A stretch of DNA of 61,021 nt from a bacterium. GTDB lineage: Bacteria > Cyanobacteriota > Vampirovibrionia > Gastranaerophilales > JBAXKC01. Under the pieces are notes generated by a model. It was not told where the DNA came from, made no database searches, and saw only the letters and a program-made list of their open reading frames with translations. Below are positions 21,098-31,015 of this stretch, in pieces; the stretch's first letter is position 1; every line of letters starts with the position of its first letter. The position numbers and the translations under genes are program-made. Location: NCBI GenBank assembly GCA_037137535.1, contig JBAXKC010000015.1, forward strand, positions 1-61,021, in the 5' to 3' direction.

Positions 21098-21125
21098 TAA
21101 ATTAACCACACCAACCCCATATTTT

Positions 21126-21150
21126 AAGCCGACCAATAAGGTCGGCTTTT
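21126..21150 (+). terminator. Terminator of the flg operon
   Basis: AAGCCGACC-aataa-GGTCGGCTTTTT. Confidence 0.8.
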
Positions 21151-21173
21151 TAATTTTAAATAAATTTTTATTC

Positions 21174-23042
21174 TTAATGATGTTTAAGTAGATTTTCTGC
21201 CTTTTTTAAAAGTGCATCGCTTTTTGTCATTGCAGAGTCAACCGAAGCATTTGAGCCTGTTAGGGAGGATGAAAAAGATTGTGATGCTTTTTTAGCTTCA
21301 GGAAGTCTAACAGCGCTTGGAACATACTCACTTTCTACCTGTTCTGATTTTTCTTTTATTTCTTGATGAACGTCTGAATTTTGCTGAACAGGAACGGCTG
21401 CTTGTGGAGGTACTGATTTAGACTGATTAACAACATTTTCCAGTTTTTTTGCTGATTGATCCACTACAACTTTTTTATCAATTTTATTTTCTGCTTTTTT
21501 AGGTTCTTCTTTTTTTGTAGGTGCGCCTGTAATCATATTAGCAATCTTTTTACAACCCTCTGAAACAAGTGAACCCATTCCGAACCAGAGTATAATAACT
21601 CTTGCAGTTGCACCAAACCATTTTAAAGGTCCTTTTGAATTTACACCAATACTAAGAACTTTTCCGAGTAATTTCAATCCATTCTCAAGTAAACCTTTAG
21701 GTGCAGCGGTTTTAGCCACTTCTGAGATTTTAGCCAATAAGGCTTTTCTTTCAAGTCCTGTATGCTGAATTGCCTCAGAAAGAGCTTTAACTGCATCTTC
21801 ACCAATATTTTTAGATTTTGCAAATTCAACTATTTTCTCTAATGTTTTAGCTTTTTCTGTTCCTGTTTGTTTAGCAGCTTCATTAAATAATTTTTTTACA
21901 CCATCATCAATTTTACCGTTACCTGCTTTTTTAATAGCACCTCTTGCAGTGTTAAGTAACTTCTTCACTTCTGCATCTTTTGATCCCTTTATAAGATGCT
22001 CAAGATTAGTCATTTCAGCAAGGTTTTTATTATCAAGCCCAATATGTCTAAAGCCCATTACAGCGTTAAAGGCTTTTTCAAGAGGTACAAGTAAAAGCAT
22101 ATTACCAATCCAAGTACCAGCAACTTCTTCTGCAAGAACTTTATGTCTATCTTCAGGTTTAGCATCTGCAACAGCTTTTATAGTTTGCCCCATAAATATA
22201 GCATTAAGGACTATACCAAGCTTACTTCCGCCAAACATTTTTGACACAAACATTGATGTATCTGAAAGAGATTTTGCAATAGGACTTTTTAACACAGTAT
22301 TTTCAATGCCGATAGTATTTGTAAGATGAACTCTATTAGCAAGACCTTTTAAACCTTTTAATGAATCATCAACAGTTGTAGGTGCTATTTTAGAAGCGAT
22401 TTCTCCTGCATGTTTTAAAATATCTGCTTTTGATAATTTTTCAACTTCAACGTCTTTTAACTTAACAAAAAGTTCGCCTAGATTAGCTTTTTTTGCAGCT
22501 TCTTCACCAGAATCTTTTAATTTTTTAATAAGTTCCTGATTTATTTCAATAATTTGTCCCTGACTGGATTTATAATTTGTTAAAGCATGATTAAATTTAT
22601 TTGCAATTTCTCCTTCTTTTAAAAATTTAGGAGTTTTATCTTTTATAAAATTTCCAACACTGATTATTGCTTCATCAGCTTTTTTAACTAGAGAGTTTTG
22701 ACTTAAACCATTAAAAATTTTATGCCATGCAGTTTCAGTATAAGAGCCTTTTGAGGCTGTAAGCTGAGTATAAGCAACACCTAATCCACCTGAAAGAGCT
22801 AAACCACCTGCACCATAAGCAGCCATTTTAAGAGGACTGTCTTTTACGCCCTCAAAGGTATCAACGGCAATACCACCCATGTTATTTTGTTGTAAATTCT
22901 GTTTCGCTGTTTCTGAAGATTGATTTGCAGCGTCCTGTAACTTTTTAAGATCGAGATTATTAACTCCGGCATTATTACCGGTAAAAGTATTAAACCTTTT
23001 ATAATTTAGACTATTATTAAGACTATATTGTCCATAAGTCAT
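21174..23042 (-). CDS. Orphan multi-pass membrane protein with an 'NTFTG' leader (paralog of 23174-25063)
   Basis: 622 aa; hydrophobic hairpins; AIFMGQTIKAVADAKPED nearly identical in the neighbour. Confidence 0.8.
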   Translation of the reverse strand: MTYGQYSLNNSLNYKRFNTFTGNNAGVNNLDLKKLQDAANQSSETAKQNLQQNNMGGIAVDTFEGVKDSPLKMAAYGAGGLALSGGLGVAYTQLTASKGSYTETAWHKIFNGLSQNSLVKKADEAIISVGNFIKDKTPKFLKEGEIANKFNHALTNYKSSQGQIIEINQELIKKLKDSGEEAAKKANLGELFVKLKDVEVEKLSKADILKHAGEIASKIAPTTVDDSLKGLKGLANRVHLTNTIGIENTVLKSPIAKSLSDTSMFVSKMFGGSKLGIVLNAIFMGQTIKAVADAKPEDRHKVLAEEVAGTWIGNMLLLVPLEKAFNAVMGFRHIGLDNKNLAEMTNLEHLIKGSKDAEVKKLLNTARGAIKKAGNGKIDDGVKKLFNEAAKQTGTEKAKTLEKIVEFAKSKNIGEDAVKALSEAIQHTGLERKALLAKISEVAKTAAPKGLLENGLKLLGKVLSIGVNSKGPLKWFGATARVIILWFGMGSLVSEGCKKIANMITGAPTKKEEPKKAENKIDKKVVVDQSAKKLENVVNQSKSVPPQAAVPVQQNSDVHQEIKEKSEQVESEYVPSAVRLPEAKKASQSFSSSLTGSNASVDSAMTKSDALLKKAENLLKHH

Positions 23043-23080
23043 TTATTAAAACCCCGGGTTCTTATAGTTACACCTTATAC

Positions 23081-23116
23081 TATATATATAAAAACCAAAC
23101 CATGCAAAAACTTGCC
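23081..23116 (-). promoter_or_regulatory. Orphan-gene promoter motif GCAAGT-N14-GTTTTTATATATA
   Basis: Minus strand reads GGCAAGT-ttttgcatggtttg-GTTTTTATATATATA. Confidence 0.75.
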
Positions 23117-23173
23117 TTTTTTATGAACTTTTGTAAAGTACAATAATGGCTTAATTATTAAACTTTTGAGTTT

Positions 23174-25063
23174 TTAATATTGTTTTAGTAAAGTTTCAGC
23201 TTCTTTTAAAACAGCATTTGTTTTTGACATAGCTGAATCAATAGCGTAAGTTGAACCCGGTCTTAATCTTTTTTGCCCATCATCTCTATATGGACTTGGT
23301 ACATAATCATTTTCATCAACAGGTTCATTTATAACGGCAGGAGAAGCTATTACAGGCACTCTATTTATAATAGGTACTGAAGGGTTAGTGGTCGGTTCTT
23401 TTATCTCTTTTTTTTCAGGGTCTGTTTTCTTCTCTTTTTTATCGGTTTCTTTTTCAGACGGAGCTCCTGTAATTGAATGTGCAAGTTTTTTAAGAACTTC
23501 TGATAGAGCTAAACCAATACCCATATATAGAAGTATAACTCTGCCTGCACCGGTAATAAATCTTACGGGTTGTCCTTGACGAGTACCTACACTCAAGACA
23601 TCACCTATAAACTTAAACACTTTTTCATGCGGTGCAAGATTTTTAGCCAAAACGGAAAGATCCTTTATTTCTTTCATAACAGCTTTTCTCTCGGTAGCTT
23701 TTACATTTCTTATCAGATTTTCAAGCCTTGCCATTTCTTTAAGCTGTTTTTCATTGAGTCCTATATTTCTAAAATTCATAACAGCATTAAAAGCTTTTTC
23801 AATAGGCACAATAAGCAACCAATTACCCACAATATTACTTAATAACTCTTCTAACAGGACTTTGTGTTTATCCTCAGGTTTAGCATCAGAAACAGCCTTT
23901 ATTGTTTGTCCCATAAATACGGCATTCATTAAAACACCAAAAATATTGCCGCCGAATAACTTAAAAACAAACATTGACGTATCAGACAAAGCTTTAGTTA
24001 TTGGGCCTTTAGTTGATATTTCTTTTAAAATATTAACCCTGTTTGACATTCCTTTTAATTCACTAAGAGAAATCTCTGATTTACGTCCAATAACTCCGCC
24101 TATTGAATCGCCTAGCCTTTTAAAGAAGCCCTGTATTCCGCCTTTGCCTGCATCATGAAGAGGCATATCTTTCAAAACATCGGCAATATTTTGAGCTTTA
24201 GTTATTATTTGTTCTTTTGAAAGTGTTTCTAATTTTAATTCTTTAAATATATTCAAAAATAAATCATGAACACCTTCTTTTTTTGAAAGTTCAACAGAAA
24301 TATTTTTAACTTCGTCTACAACTTTCTCTTTTGAAAGATTGTTTTCAAAAATATTTTTAAATAAGTTAAATAACTTTTCATCATTACCTTTTGTATTAAG
24401 CAATAACGGATCAACTTCCGCAGCTTTCTCCATTATTTGTTTTTTAATAAGTTCTTTAACATCACTATCATCAATTAAAGATAACGTAATTTTTTTTATA
24501 TGAAGATTATTATTAGACAATTCAGAAGAAACACCTCTGATTTTTTCTAAAAAATCTTTATGAACCTCAAACAATTGCCCCATAGGTGATTTAAAAGCTG
24601 CTAAACCTTCCTTTAAAGCCTTTACAGCGTTACTTTCTTTTACAGCTTGAGGTATTAAAGATTTAGCCCAATTACCTGTTTTTATAAAATAACCATCAAC
24701 ACTTTTAACAAAAGAATTACCATTTAATTTATTAAAAAATTTAAGCCATGGGGCGTCAGATACTTTATCAGCCCATGTAGTTGTTTTAAACAAAAAGCCA
24801 AAACCACCCGATACGGCAAGACCACCTGTTCCATAAGCAAGCATTTCAACGGGGTTTTGCTTTTCTTTTTCTTGTTTATTTAAAGGGGCACTTGCTAAAC
24901 TCTTTTGTTGTGAATTTTGTTTAACCTTATCAACAGACTTACTTCTTGCTTTATCAAGGATATCTTGAAATTGTTTACTTGAACCGACATAATTACCAGT
25001 AAAAGCTTTAGAATTTTTATAATTTAAATTACTAAAGCGATTATATTGTCCGTAAATCATCAA
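23174..25063 (-). CDS. Orphan multi-pass membrane protein with a 'KAFTG' leader (paralog of 21174-23042)
   Basis: 629 aa; shared YGQY N-terminus, LSDTSMFV.K.FGG and YVPS, plus a DSAM.K C-terminus. Confidence 0.8.
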   Translation of the reverse strand: MMIYGQYNRFSNLNYKNSKAFTGNYVGSSKQFQDILDKARSKSVDKVKQNSQQKSLASAPLNKQEKEKQNPVEMLAYGTGGLAVSGGFGFLFKTTTWADKVSDAPWLKFFNKLNGNSFVKSVDGYFIKTGNWAKSLIPQAVKESNAVKALKEGLAAFKSPMGQLFEVHKDFLEKIRGVSSELSNNNLHIKKITLSLIDDSDVKELIKKQIMEKAAEVDPLLLNTKGNDEKLFNLFKNIFENNLSKEKVVDEVKNISVELSKKEGVHDLFLNIFKELKLETLSKEQIITKAQNIADVLKDMPLHDAGKGGIQGFFKRLGDSIGGVIGRKSEISLSELKGMSNRVNILKEISTKGPITKALSDTSMFVFKLFGGNIFGVLMNAVFMGQTIKAVSDAKPEDKHKVLLEELLSNIVGNWLLIVPIEKAFNAVMNFRNIGLNEKQLKEMARLENLIRNVKATERKAVMKEIKDLSVLAKNLAPHEKVFKFIGDVLSVGTRQGQPVRFITGAGRVILLYMGIGLALSEVLKKLAHSITGAPSEKETDKKEKKTDPEKKEIKEPTTNPSVPIINRVPVIASPAVINEPVDENDYVPSPYRDDGQKRLRPGSTYAIDSAMSKTNAVLKEAETLLKQY

Positions 25064-25127
25064 AAGATCCCCGATTTATATAAGATAAAATCAATACACA
25101 ATTATATTGATATATTACATTCAATAA

Positions 25128-25157
25128 TATAAAAACAAAAAACAATTATAAATTACC
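25128..25157 (-). promoter_or_regulatory. Orphan-gene promoter motif GTAATT-N14-GTTTTTATA
   Basis: Minus strand reads GGTAATT-tataattgtttttt-GTTTTTATA. Confidence 0.7.
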
Positions 25158-25192
25158 TATTTTATTAAAAATATATAATTTAAAGTTATATT

Positions 25193-25573
25193 TTATTCCC
25201 TTGAATCAAAAATAACAGGATCTTTAGTCAATTTTATTCTATATGCCAAAGCCATTTTATTGTTTATTTTATTCTGATTCATTGCTTTTTTCAAATCGGC
25301 ATGCTTTTCAGTCATAACAGCCATATTTTGAGCTTCAAGATCTTTTATTTTTTTTAAAGCATTATTTATGTAAGTTTTTTGTTGTTCTGTATAATCAATA
25401 TCTGAAAGTATTTGCCCCATTGCTTCTACCAAAGAAGCACGCTCAACAACAGCAGCTTCAACTTCAACAGCAGATTCTTCTTTATTCAAAAGATCTCTTA
25501 TATGACAAGTTTGTTTATACAACTCAGCATATATATTCATAAATTTATCAAAACAGTTATTCATAAAACTCAA
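25193..25573 (-). CDS. FliT-like small helical protein
   Basis: Overlaps the fliS stop (ATGA); VVERASLVE and AYR patterns are FliT-like. Confidence 0.55.
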   Translation of the reverse strand: MSFMNNCFDKFMNIYAELYKQTCHIRDLLNKEESAVEVEAAVVERASLVEAMGQILSDIDYTEQQKTYINNALKKIKDLEAQNMAVMTEKHADLKKAMNQNKINNKMALAYRIKLTKDPVIFDSRE

Positions 25574-25986
25574 GCTGACTTTATAGTACCTGAAGAACCG
25601 GGCTGACCTTTATCCTTTGAAGCAATTTTAATTGCTTCTTCCCAAGTAGTTTTTAAATCCTTAAGAAAACCTAAAACTTCATCTATAATGACTACATCTT
25701 TTTTCATGTTTGCCTGAACAAGTCTAAAATGCATATATTCATACAAATTATAAAGATTCTGAGCAACCTCTCCACCCTTTTTCATGTCGAGAGTATTCAT
25801 AAACTCCGCTAAAATCTTTTGCGCAGCAATAATATTATTATGACTTTCCTGAATATCTTTACATTGAATAGCTATCTTAGCTTTATTCAAAAATTGAATA
25901 GCCCCATCATATAACATAATAAGAAGCTTTTCAGGACTTGCTGTTTTAACTTGCGTCTGCTGATATTGCTTTAAATACGGGTTCAT
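25570..25986 (-). CDS. fliS: Flagellin export chaperone FliS
   Basis: YQQTQVKTASPEKLLIMLYDGAI ... LYNLYEYM ... LKTTW. Confidence 0.95.
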   Translation of the reverse strand: MNPYLKQYQQTQVKTASPEKLLIMLYDGAIQFLNKAKIAIQCKDIQESHNNIIAAQKILAEFMNTLDMKKGGEVAQNLYNLYEYMHFRLVQANMKKDVVIIDEVLGFLKDLKTTWEEAIKIASKDKGQPGSSGTIKSA

Positions 25987-26075
25987 CTAAACACCTTTTT
26001 ATTCGCCTGCTAATAAAGACCCTATTATTATTTTATATCTTTTCTAAAATAATATCTCATCTAAATAAACTATTT

Positions 26076-26489
26076 TTATATTTGTTCGTCAACTAAAAGA
26101 CCTGACGGGTTGCGAGTTTTTGAAACTAATTTCATAAGCGCATCTGGTGCTATTGTTTCTACAACATTTCCATTTCTTTGATCAATTAATTCTACCATAT
26201 AACTTGAATTATTGAGCCTTACTTTATATTTATTCAAACCTATTTCAACAGGTGATATTTTTTTTTCCAGGCCAACCTTATCACTTTTGTCATCGTCAAC
26301 ATATCGACCTTGAAGATCTCTTTTTTCGTTATCTTTTCTTTCTTTGTCTGCTTCTGTTCCCTGACTGTTTTCAATTTTTTTTATAACAGTTTCAGCCTCA
26401 ACCTTTGAAGAACGTTCAGTCTGAATGGCCAATTCTCCCGGTGTCATAAATCGATAATTACCGAGATTTGTAAAGGATAAACCTTCCAT
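26076..26489 (-). CDS. flaG: FlaG-like protein
   Basis: VELIDQRNGNVVETIAP ... GLLVDEQI C-terminus typical of FlaG. Confidence 0.7.
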   Translation of the reverse strand: MEGLSFTNLGNYRFMTPGELAIQTERSSKVEAETVIKKIENSQGTEADKERKDNEKRDLQGRYVDDDKSDKVGLEKKISPVEIGLNKYKVRLNNSSYMVELIDQRNGNVVETIAPDALMKLVSKTRNPSGLLVDEQI

Positions 26490-26499
26490 AAATCAATCC

Positions 26500-27195
26500 C
26501 TATCTTGCTTTTAGCAATGCAAGTATTGTATCGCCATCAAGAGCTTTTGACTGAAAATCTTTAACTTTTTCCATATTACCAAGAATAAAAGAACTTGTTT
26601 TATCCATAACCTCTGAGGCTTTAGCATTATCAGCTATAGGAGGATTTGAGTTATCTTTAGAAGTTTGAACAAAATCAAAAACAGCTTTCATATTTTCTTC
26701 AATATTATTTTGTATTGTACTTACATCACTATAAGCTTGTGTTAAAACCTTATCAGGTTGATCAGAAGAAGACATATTTTCTTTAATTTTATTTAACACA
26801 CCAACAAAACCAACGGTATTGTCAGGCAAAGAAGAAGTATCGCCTGATGAAAAACCTTGAGTTTTTGTTAAACTATTATCAATACTTTTTAAAAAATCGT
26901 CTTGTTTTAATTCTTTCTCATCTGAATTTTGATAATCAGATATACTTTTCTTAACTTCATCTATATTTTGAAGCGTATTTTGAGCAGAACTTACATAATT
27001 CTGCGAGGACTCAAGACTTGTTCTATACTCTTGAGTATTAACATCCAGTTTATCGCTGATTTTAACATTATCAGCTACGTTAGTATCAGTTTTTTGACTT
27101 AAAAACTGTTCTAATTTTGGAGCACTGCTAAATTGCACCTCAATCTTTTGAGGCAAAACAGGATTTGTATAGATCCTATTACTGCTATTTACCAT
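26500..27195 (-). CDS. Degenerate flagellin-like protein
   Basis: C-terminus IADNAKASEVMDKTSSFIL...FQSKALDGDTILALLK resembles the flagellin D0 C-terminus; occupies the fliC position; canonical N-terminus absent. Confidence 0.5.
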   Translation of the reverse strand: MVNSSNRIYTNPVLPQKIEVQFSSAPKLEQFLSQKTDTNVADNVKISDKLDVNTQEYRTSLESSQNYVSSAQNTLQNIDEVKKSISDYQNSDEKELKQDDFLKSIDNSLTKTQGFSSGDTSSLPDNTVGFVGVLNKIKENMSSSDQPDKVLTQAYSDVSTIQNNIEENMKAVFDFVQTSKDNSNPPIADNAKASEVMDKTSSFILGNMEKVKDFQSKALDGDTILALLKAR

Positions 27196-27236
27196 ATACG
27201 TCCCTGCGATTTTTTTTACATATCCTTTTTTATATA

Positions 27237-27263
27237 ATACCCTAGTTTTAAAAAAATAAAACC
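27237..27263 (-). promoter_or_regulatory. SigB/cyanobacterial-SigF-type promoter GGTTTTA-N14-GGGTAT
   Basis: Fits the GTTTaa-N12-14-GGGTAT consensus, about 40 nt upstream of the flagellin-like ATG. Confidence 0.55.
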
Positions 27264-27504
27264 TAAGTATGACAAAATGTAAAAAAATAATAAAATATAG
27301 ATTTTTTGTTAATAAAAATACTATTTATTGTTAAACTAATGAAAGCTTTAAGGTATAATTGAACTTAGACAATAATATTTATTTCTATAAAACTAATAGG
27401 TTTCATTTTTTAAAATTATCTAAAGTAAAAGCATGATTTTAAAAAAGCAACTCAATAATATAATTAATATAACTGTATTTTGCTCTTTTTTAAGGGAGAA
27501 ACTT

Positions 27505-28254
27505 ATGAATCAAGGTAAAAAAAATATATTTAAAAAGTTTATTCAGGGCATACTTGATCTTCCGCTCTGGGTTAAACAAATAGTTTACCTTGAACTTAAA
27601 GAAGAATTTGAATCAGACTCTTCAAAAAGAAGCTTAAACTTTATAAAAAAAGATGACTGCTTACAAACATACATACCCAGATTAACCTTTATAGGCAAAA
27701 AAGAACTGGAAACAAAAGCTAAAAAACTTCAACCCGTAATCTATAAATTCATTGAAGATGTAACTTCAGAATTAAGCGTAATTGAAATAGCAAGTAATAA
27801 TGGCTGGAGCCTTGCTGAAACAGCCTCATGTATTATTATGGCTATGAACAATGAATTATTAATTAATCCTGAATCAGTTATAGTAAAAGGAACTGCTTTA
27901 TATCTAAGCGGTAAAATCAGACTTGGTGAATACTTCGTTAAACTTGGAAAAATAACAATAGAACAACTTGACGAAGCACTAAGAACTCAAAAATATATAG
28001 AGGAAACTATTGGTGATAAAACAGGCTTAGCTGAAGTATTAATAAATCTTGGTTATGTTACAAAAGATGATACCGAAGCCATTCTTCTTTTAAAAGACGA
28101 AGGCAGTAAACGCTACAACTCTAATAATGACTCAAATCTTAATTTAGCAGGAAGTTGCGATGAAACAACAAAACTAAGAGAACAATTAACAAAAATATCT
28201 AAAGAAAATATGCAGCTTAAAGAGCAAATCAAAAAAATATTAAAAATAGGATAA
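27505..28254 (+). CDS. Protein with an MshEN-type c-di-GMP-binding motif and a C-terminal coiled coil
   Basis: RLGEYFVKLGKITIEQLDEALRTQ ... LAEVLINLGYV; GGGAG RBS before ATG 27505. Confidence 0.75.
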   Translation: MNQGKKNIFKKFIQGILDLPLWVKQIVYLELKEEFESDSSKRSLNFIKKDDCLQTYIPRLTFIGKKELETKAKKLQPVIYKFIEDVTSELSVIEIASNNGWSLAETASCIIMAMNNELLINPESVIVKGTALYLSGKIRLGEYFVKLGKITIEQLDEALRTQKYIEETIGDKTGLAEVLINLGYVTKDDTEAILLLKDEGSKRYNSNNDSNLNLAGSCDETTKLREQLTKISKENMQLKEQIKKILKIG

Positions 28255-28256
28255 AA

Positions 28257-29237
28257 ATGAAACCGACAATACTCGTACAATCAATAAGAAATAACCTTGT
28301 TGAAAGAGAACATGCCGGTTTTATAATATGCATGGATTTAAACAAAAACATTATTTTTCAAAAAGGAAATCCTGAAAATTACAAATGTTTTTTAAGGTCT
28401 TGCGCAAAACCTTTTCAAGCTCTTCCGATAATATTATCAGATACTTATAATCATTACGGATTAACGAAATCGGAATTAGCTGCATGTTGTGCATCACATA
28501 CAGGAAGCAAAACACATACAGAAACAGTTGAAGGTATTCTAAATAAAACAGGTTTAACTAAATATGCCCTAATGTGTGGAATACACGAACCTTTAGACAA
28601 AAAGACAAAATTAAACCTACTAAAAAACAACTTACCTGCAACTGAGCTTCATAATAATTGTTCAGGAAAACATGCAGGAATGCTTGCTGTTTGCAAAAAA
28701 CAAGGTTGGGATATAGAAAATTATATAGAGACTAACCATCCTCTACAAAAATGGATAAAAGAAATAACAAAAAACTACTGCAATATAAATAACGAACAAT
28801 ATTATGAAACTCTTGACGGATGCGGAACACCTGTCGGAGGAATGACTCTTGAAAAAATGACAGAAGGTTTTTTAAATTTACTCAAAACCAAAGAAGGTAA
28901 GATTATAATTGATGCTTTTATCAATAATCCAATACTTATTGGAGGAGAAGACAGAATTGACAGTCTTATAATAAAAGAGTCCTATTCTAATTTAATGGCA
29001 AAAGTTGGAGCAGAAGGACTTTGTATAGTATTAAATAAAAAACTCAAACAATGCCTTCTGGTTAAAATAATGGACTCAAATATGCAAGCAAGAAGCATTG
29101 CTTTATTAGAAACACTAAAACAGTTAAACTGGCTAAATAAAGAAATATTTACAAAAACTGAAATAAAAAATATACATAATCCTGAATTAACAACATTACA
29201 GGGTTATAAAACTGGTGAGATAAAAGCTGTATTTTAA
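28257..29237 (+). CDS. L-asparaginase II (Rhizobium etli/AnsA type)
   Basis: RSCAKPFQ, CASH, NNCSGKHAGML, DGCG, AKVGAEG. Confidence 0.9.
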   Translation: MKPTILVQSIRNNLVEREHAGFIICMDLNKNIIFQKGNPENYKCFLRSCAKPFQALPIILSDTYNHYGLTKSELAACCASHTGSKTHTETVEGILNKTGLTKYALMCGIHEPLDKKTKLNLLKNNLPATELHNNCSGKHAGMLAVCKKQGWDIENYIETNHPLQKWIKEITKNYCNINNEQYYETLDGCGTPVGGMTLEKMTEGFLNLLKTKEGKIIIDAFINNPILIGGEDRIDSLIIKESYSNLMAKVGAEGLCIVLNKKLKQCLLVKIMDSNMQARSIALLETLKQLNWLNKEIFTKTEIKNIHNPELTTLQGYKTGEIKAVF

Positions 29238-29317
29238 AAAATAAAAATTTAGATAAAATAATCCCCCTTTTGGAGAAAAAGGGGGGAATAAATCGAATCT
29301 AAATTGTTAAAGGATTT

Positions 29318-29917
29318 CTAGCCAAAGGTTTTGAATGTCATATCAATGTTTTTATCAATTACTTTTTTAACTGCGTCTATTTCTGTTTGAACTTCGGTGT
29401 GTTGTGTGTCTATGTTCTTAAGATCTAATTCAAGTCTTTTATCTTTTGACTGAAGTTCAGCTGTTAATGCTTCATATTTAGAACTAGCAGCTGCATCATC
29501 TTCTGTTTTTAATCTGTCTTGAATAGCACAATTAGGATCTGTTATCCAATCAACTTTTTTATCTTTATCATTTTCTGTTGGAGGGTTTTTATATTTTAAA
29601 TAAACAGTACTATTTCTAAGACTTGCTTCAAGCTTATCAGATGCAAGAGTCGCCGGAACAGTTGAATCATCTAATGCATAATAAGGAACTAAATTAACTG
29701 TTGCTAAGTTTGCAACTGTTAATGGGATTGAATTACCGTCCATATTTTTTATTTCAAGAATTCTATTATTTAATCCTTCATTGAAGGCTGTTGCTAATGC
29801 TTCCTGTTGATAAGAAAGCATTGTTCTTTCATTATTAACAATTTGCCCTCTATATTCAATATCACTCTTCCGTCCGGTGAGTGTAAGCATTCTGCCTTGA
29901 CTTGCTGCTAAACCCAT
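29318..29917 (-). CDS. 'MGLAASQGR' family coiled-coil orphan protein, paralog 1
   Basis: Conserved N- and C-terminal helices shared with the three copies at 44.9-47.1 kb; AAGGAG RBS. Confidence 0.85.
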   Translation of the reverse strand: MGLAASQGRMLTLTGRKSDIEYRGQIVNNERTMLSYQQEALATAFNEGLNNRILEIKNMDGNSIPLTVANLATVNLVPYYALDDSTVPATLASDKLEASLRNSTVYLKYKNPPTENDKDKKVDWITDPNCAIQDRLKTEDDAAASSKYEALTAELQSKDKRLELDLKNIDTQHTEVQTEIDAVKKVIDKNIDMTFKTFG

Positions 29918-29994
29918 AGCGTGTCTCCTTTGTCCTTATTAGATTCGATTCTTACCTACACCCAAAATTTACATCCATTCGATTTATATTTATG

Positions 29995-30022
29995 TTATCG
30001 ACCGTTTTATGTATTGACTTTA
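29995..30022 (-). promoter_or_regulatory. Sigma28 (FliA/SigD)-type promoter TAAA-N16-GTCGATAA
   Basis: Close to the TAAA-N15/16-GCCGATAA consensus; upstream of paralog 1. Confidence 0.75.
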
Positions 30023-30121
30023 ACTTTTAACCAGCTTTGTCAATTTAAATTTACAAAAATTAACAAATAAAACAAAATTTTTTTATTATGCTATTCACGA
30101 TACACTATAAAGGATTTGTAA

Positions 30122-31015
30122 ATGAATATACCGACAATGATGCCGCTAAAAGCCACACTTAATAAACCAGATTACAAAAAAGCAACACAAAGTTTAAAAG
30201 CAACCGAAGAAAATAAAACTCAAACTTTACCTTATTTCGCTTATAAATCTAATTTTTTATCTTTTAAAGGAAATGATGATAATATTCAATTAAGAAAAGA
30301 AGTTGATCAGCTTAAACAAGAATTAAACTTTTTAAGGTCTGAGTTTAATGAATTTAAAAATAAATTTGAACCGTCAAACAATAATGAAAAAACAGAAACA
30401 CCAAGAAAATCAAAATTTATTAGTACTAATGCTCAAATTGCATACGATGAAATAGTTACACCTATGATTGAAAATTCACTAACAAAGGATGAAGACAGAA
30501 ACACCTTAGAAAAATACAAAGAAAACGAAAAATTTTTAAAAATAGTACAATCGTATCCAAATATTAACAAATTTTTAAAAGAAATAAGAGAAAAAGAAAA
30601 AATGTCCCTTAATTTATTAAAGGCAAACTTAAGTTCCTTTATGATTTGGGAATTTATTCTTGCTAAACCTAGAGTTTTACTTGAATTAAATACAATCGGA
30701 ACTAAATATGAAAATGCCGATATCTATAAAGATATGAAAAAAGAAATGGAAAGAGATTATTATGGCAGATCTTCAAGATTTGGAGATGTTTCACTTTCCG
30801 AAGTATGGCTGAAAAAACTCGGAAACGATCCTTCTAAAATGTCAGACGAAGATAAAATAACACGTCTTATTAATACTTCAGGCGGTGAAAAGAAAATGCT
30901 AAAAGAAGAAACAATAAAAATAGCAAGGGAAACCCCTCTAGCCGTCAAAAAAATGGCTGAACTTATGGATACATGTTTTGATAATTATATAGAGACCTAC
31001 AAAATAAAAGATTAA
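30122..31015 (+). CDS. Orphan protein with an 'LSFKG' leader and a coiled coil
   Basis: 297 aa; disordered leader ending in SNFLSFKG. Confidence 0.75.
   Translation: MNIPTMMPLKATLNKPDYKKATQSLKATEENKTQTLPYFAYKSNFLSFKGNDDNIQLRKEVDQLKQELNFLRSEFNEFKNKFEPSNNNEKTETPRKSKFISTNAQIAYDEIVTPMIENSLTKDEDRNTLEKYKENEKFLKIVQSYPNINKFLKEIREKEKMSLNLLKANLSSFMIWEFILAKPRVLLELNTIGTKYENADIYKDMKKEMERDYYGRSSRFGDVSLSEVWLKKLGNDPSKMSDEDKITRLINTSGGEKKMLKEETIKIARETPLAVKKMAELMDTCFDNYIETYKIKD

Noticed and set aside
23081-23116. GGCAA-containing motif as a sigma54 promoter
   Set aside because: It lacks the TGGCAC-N5-TTGC (-24/-12) geometry; the second box is TTTATA, 17 nt away.
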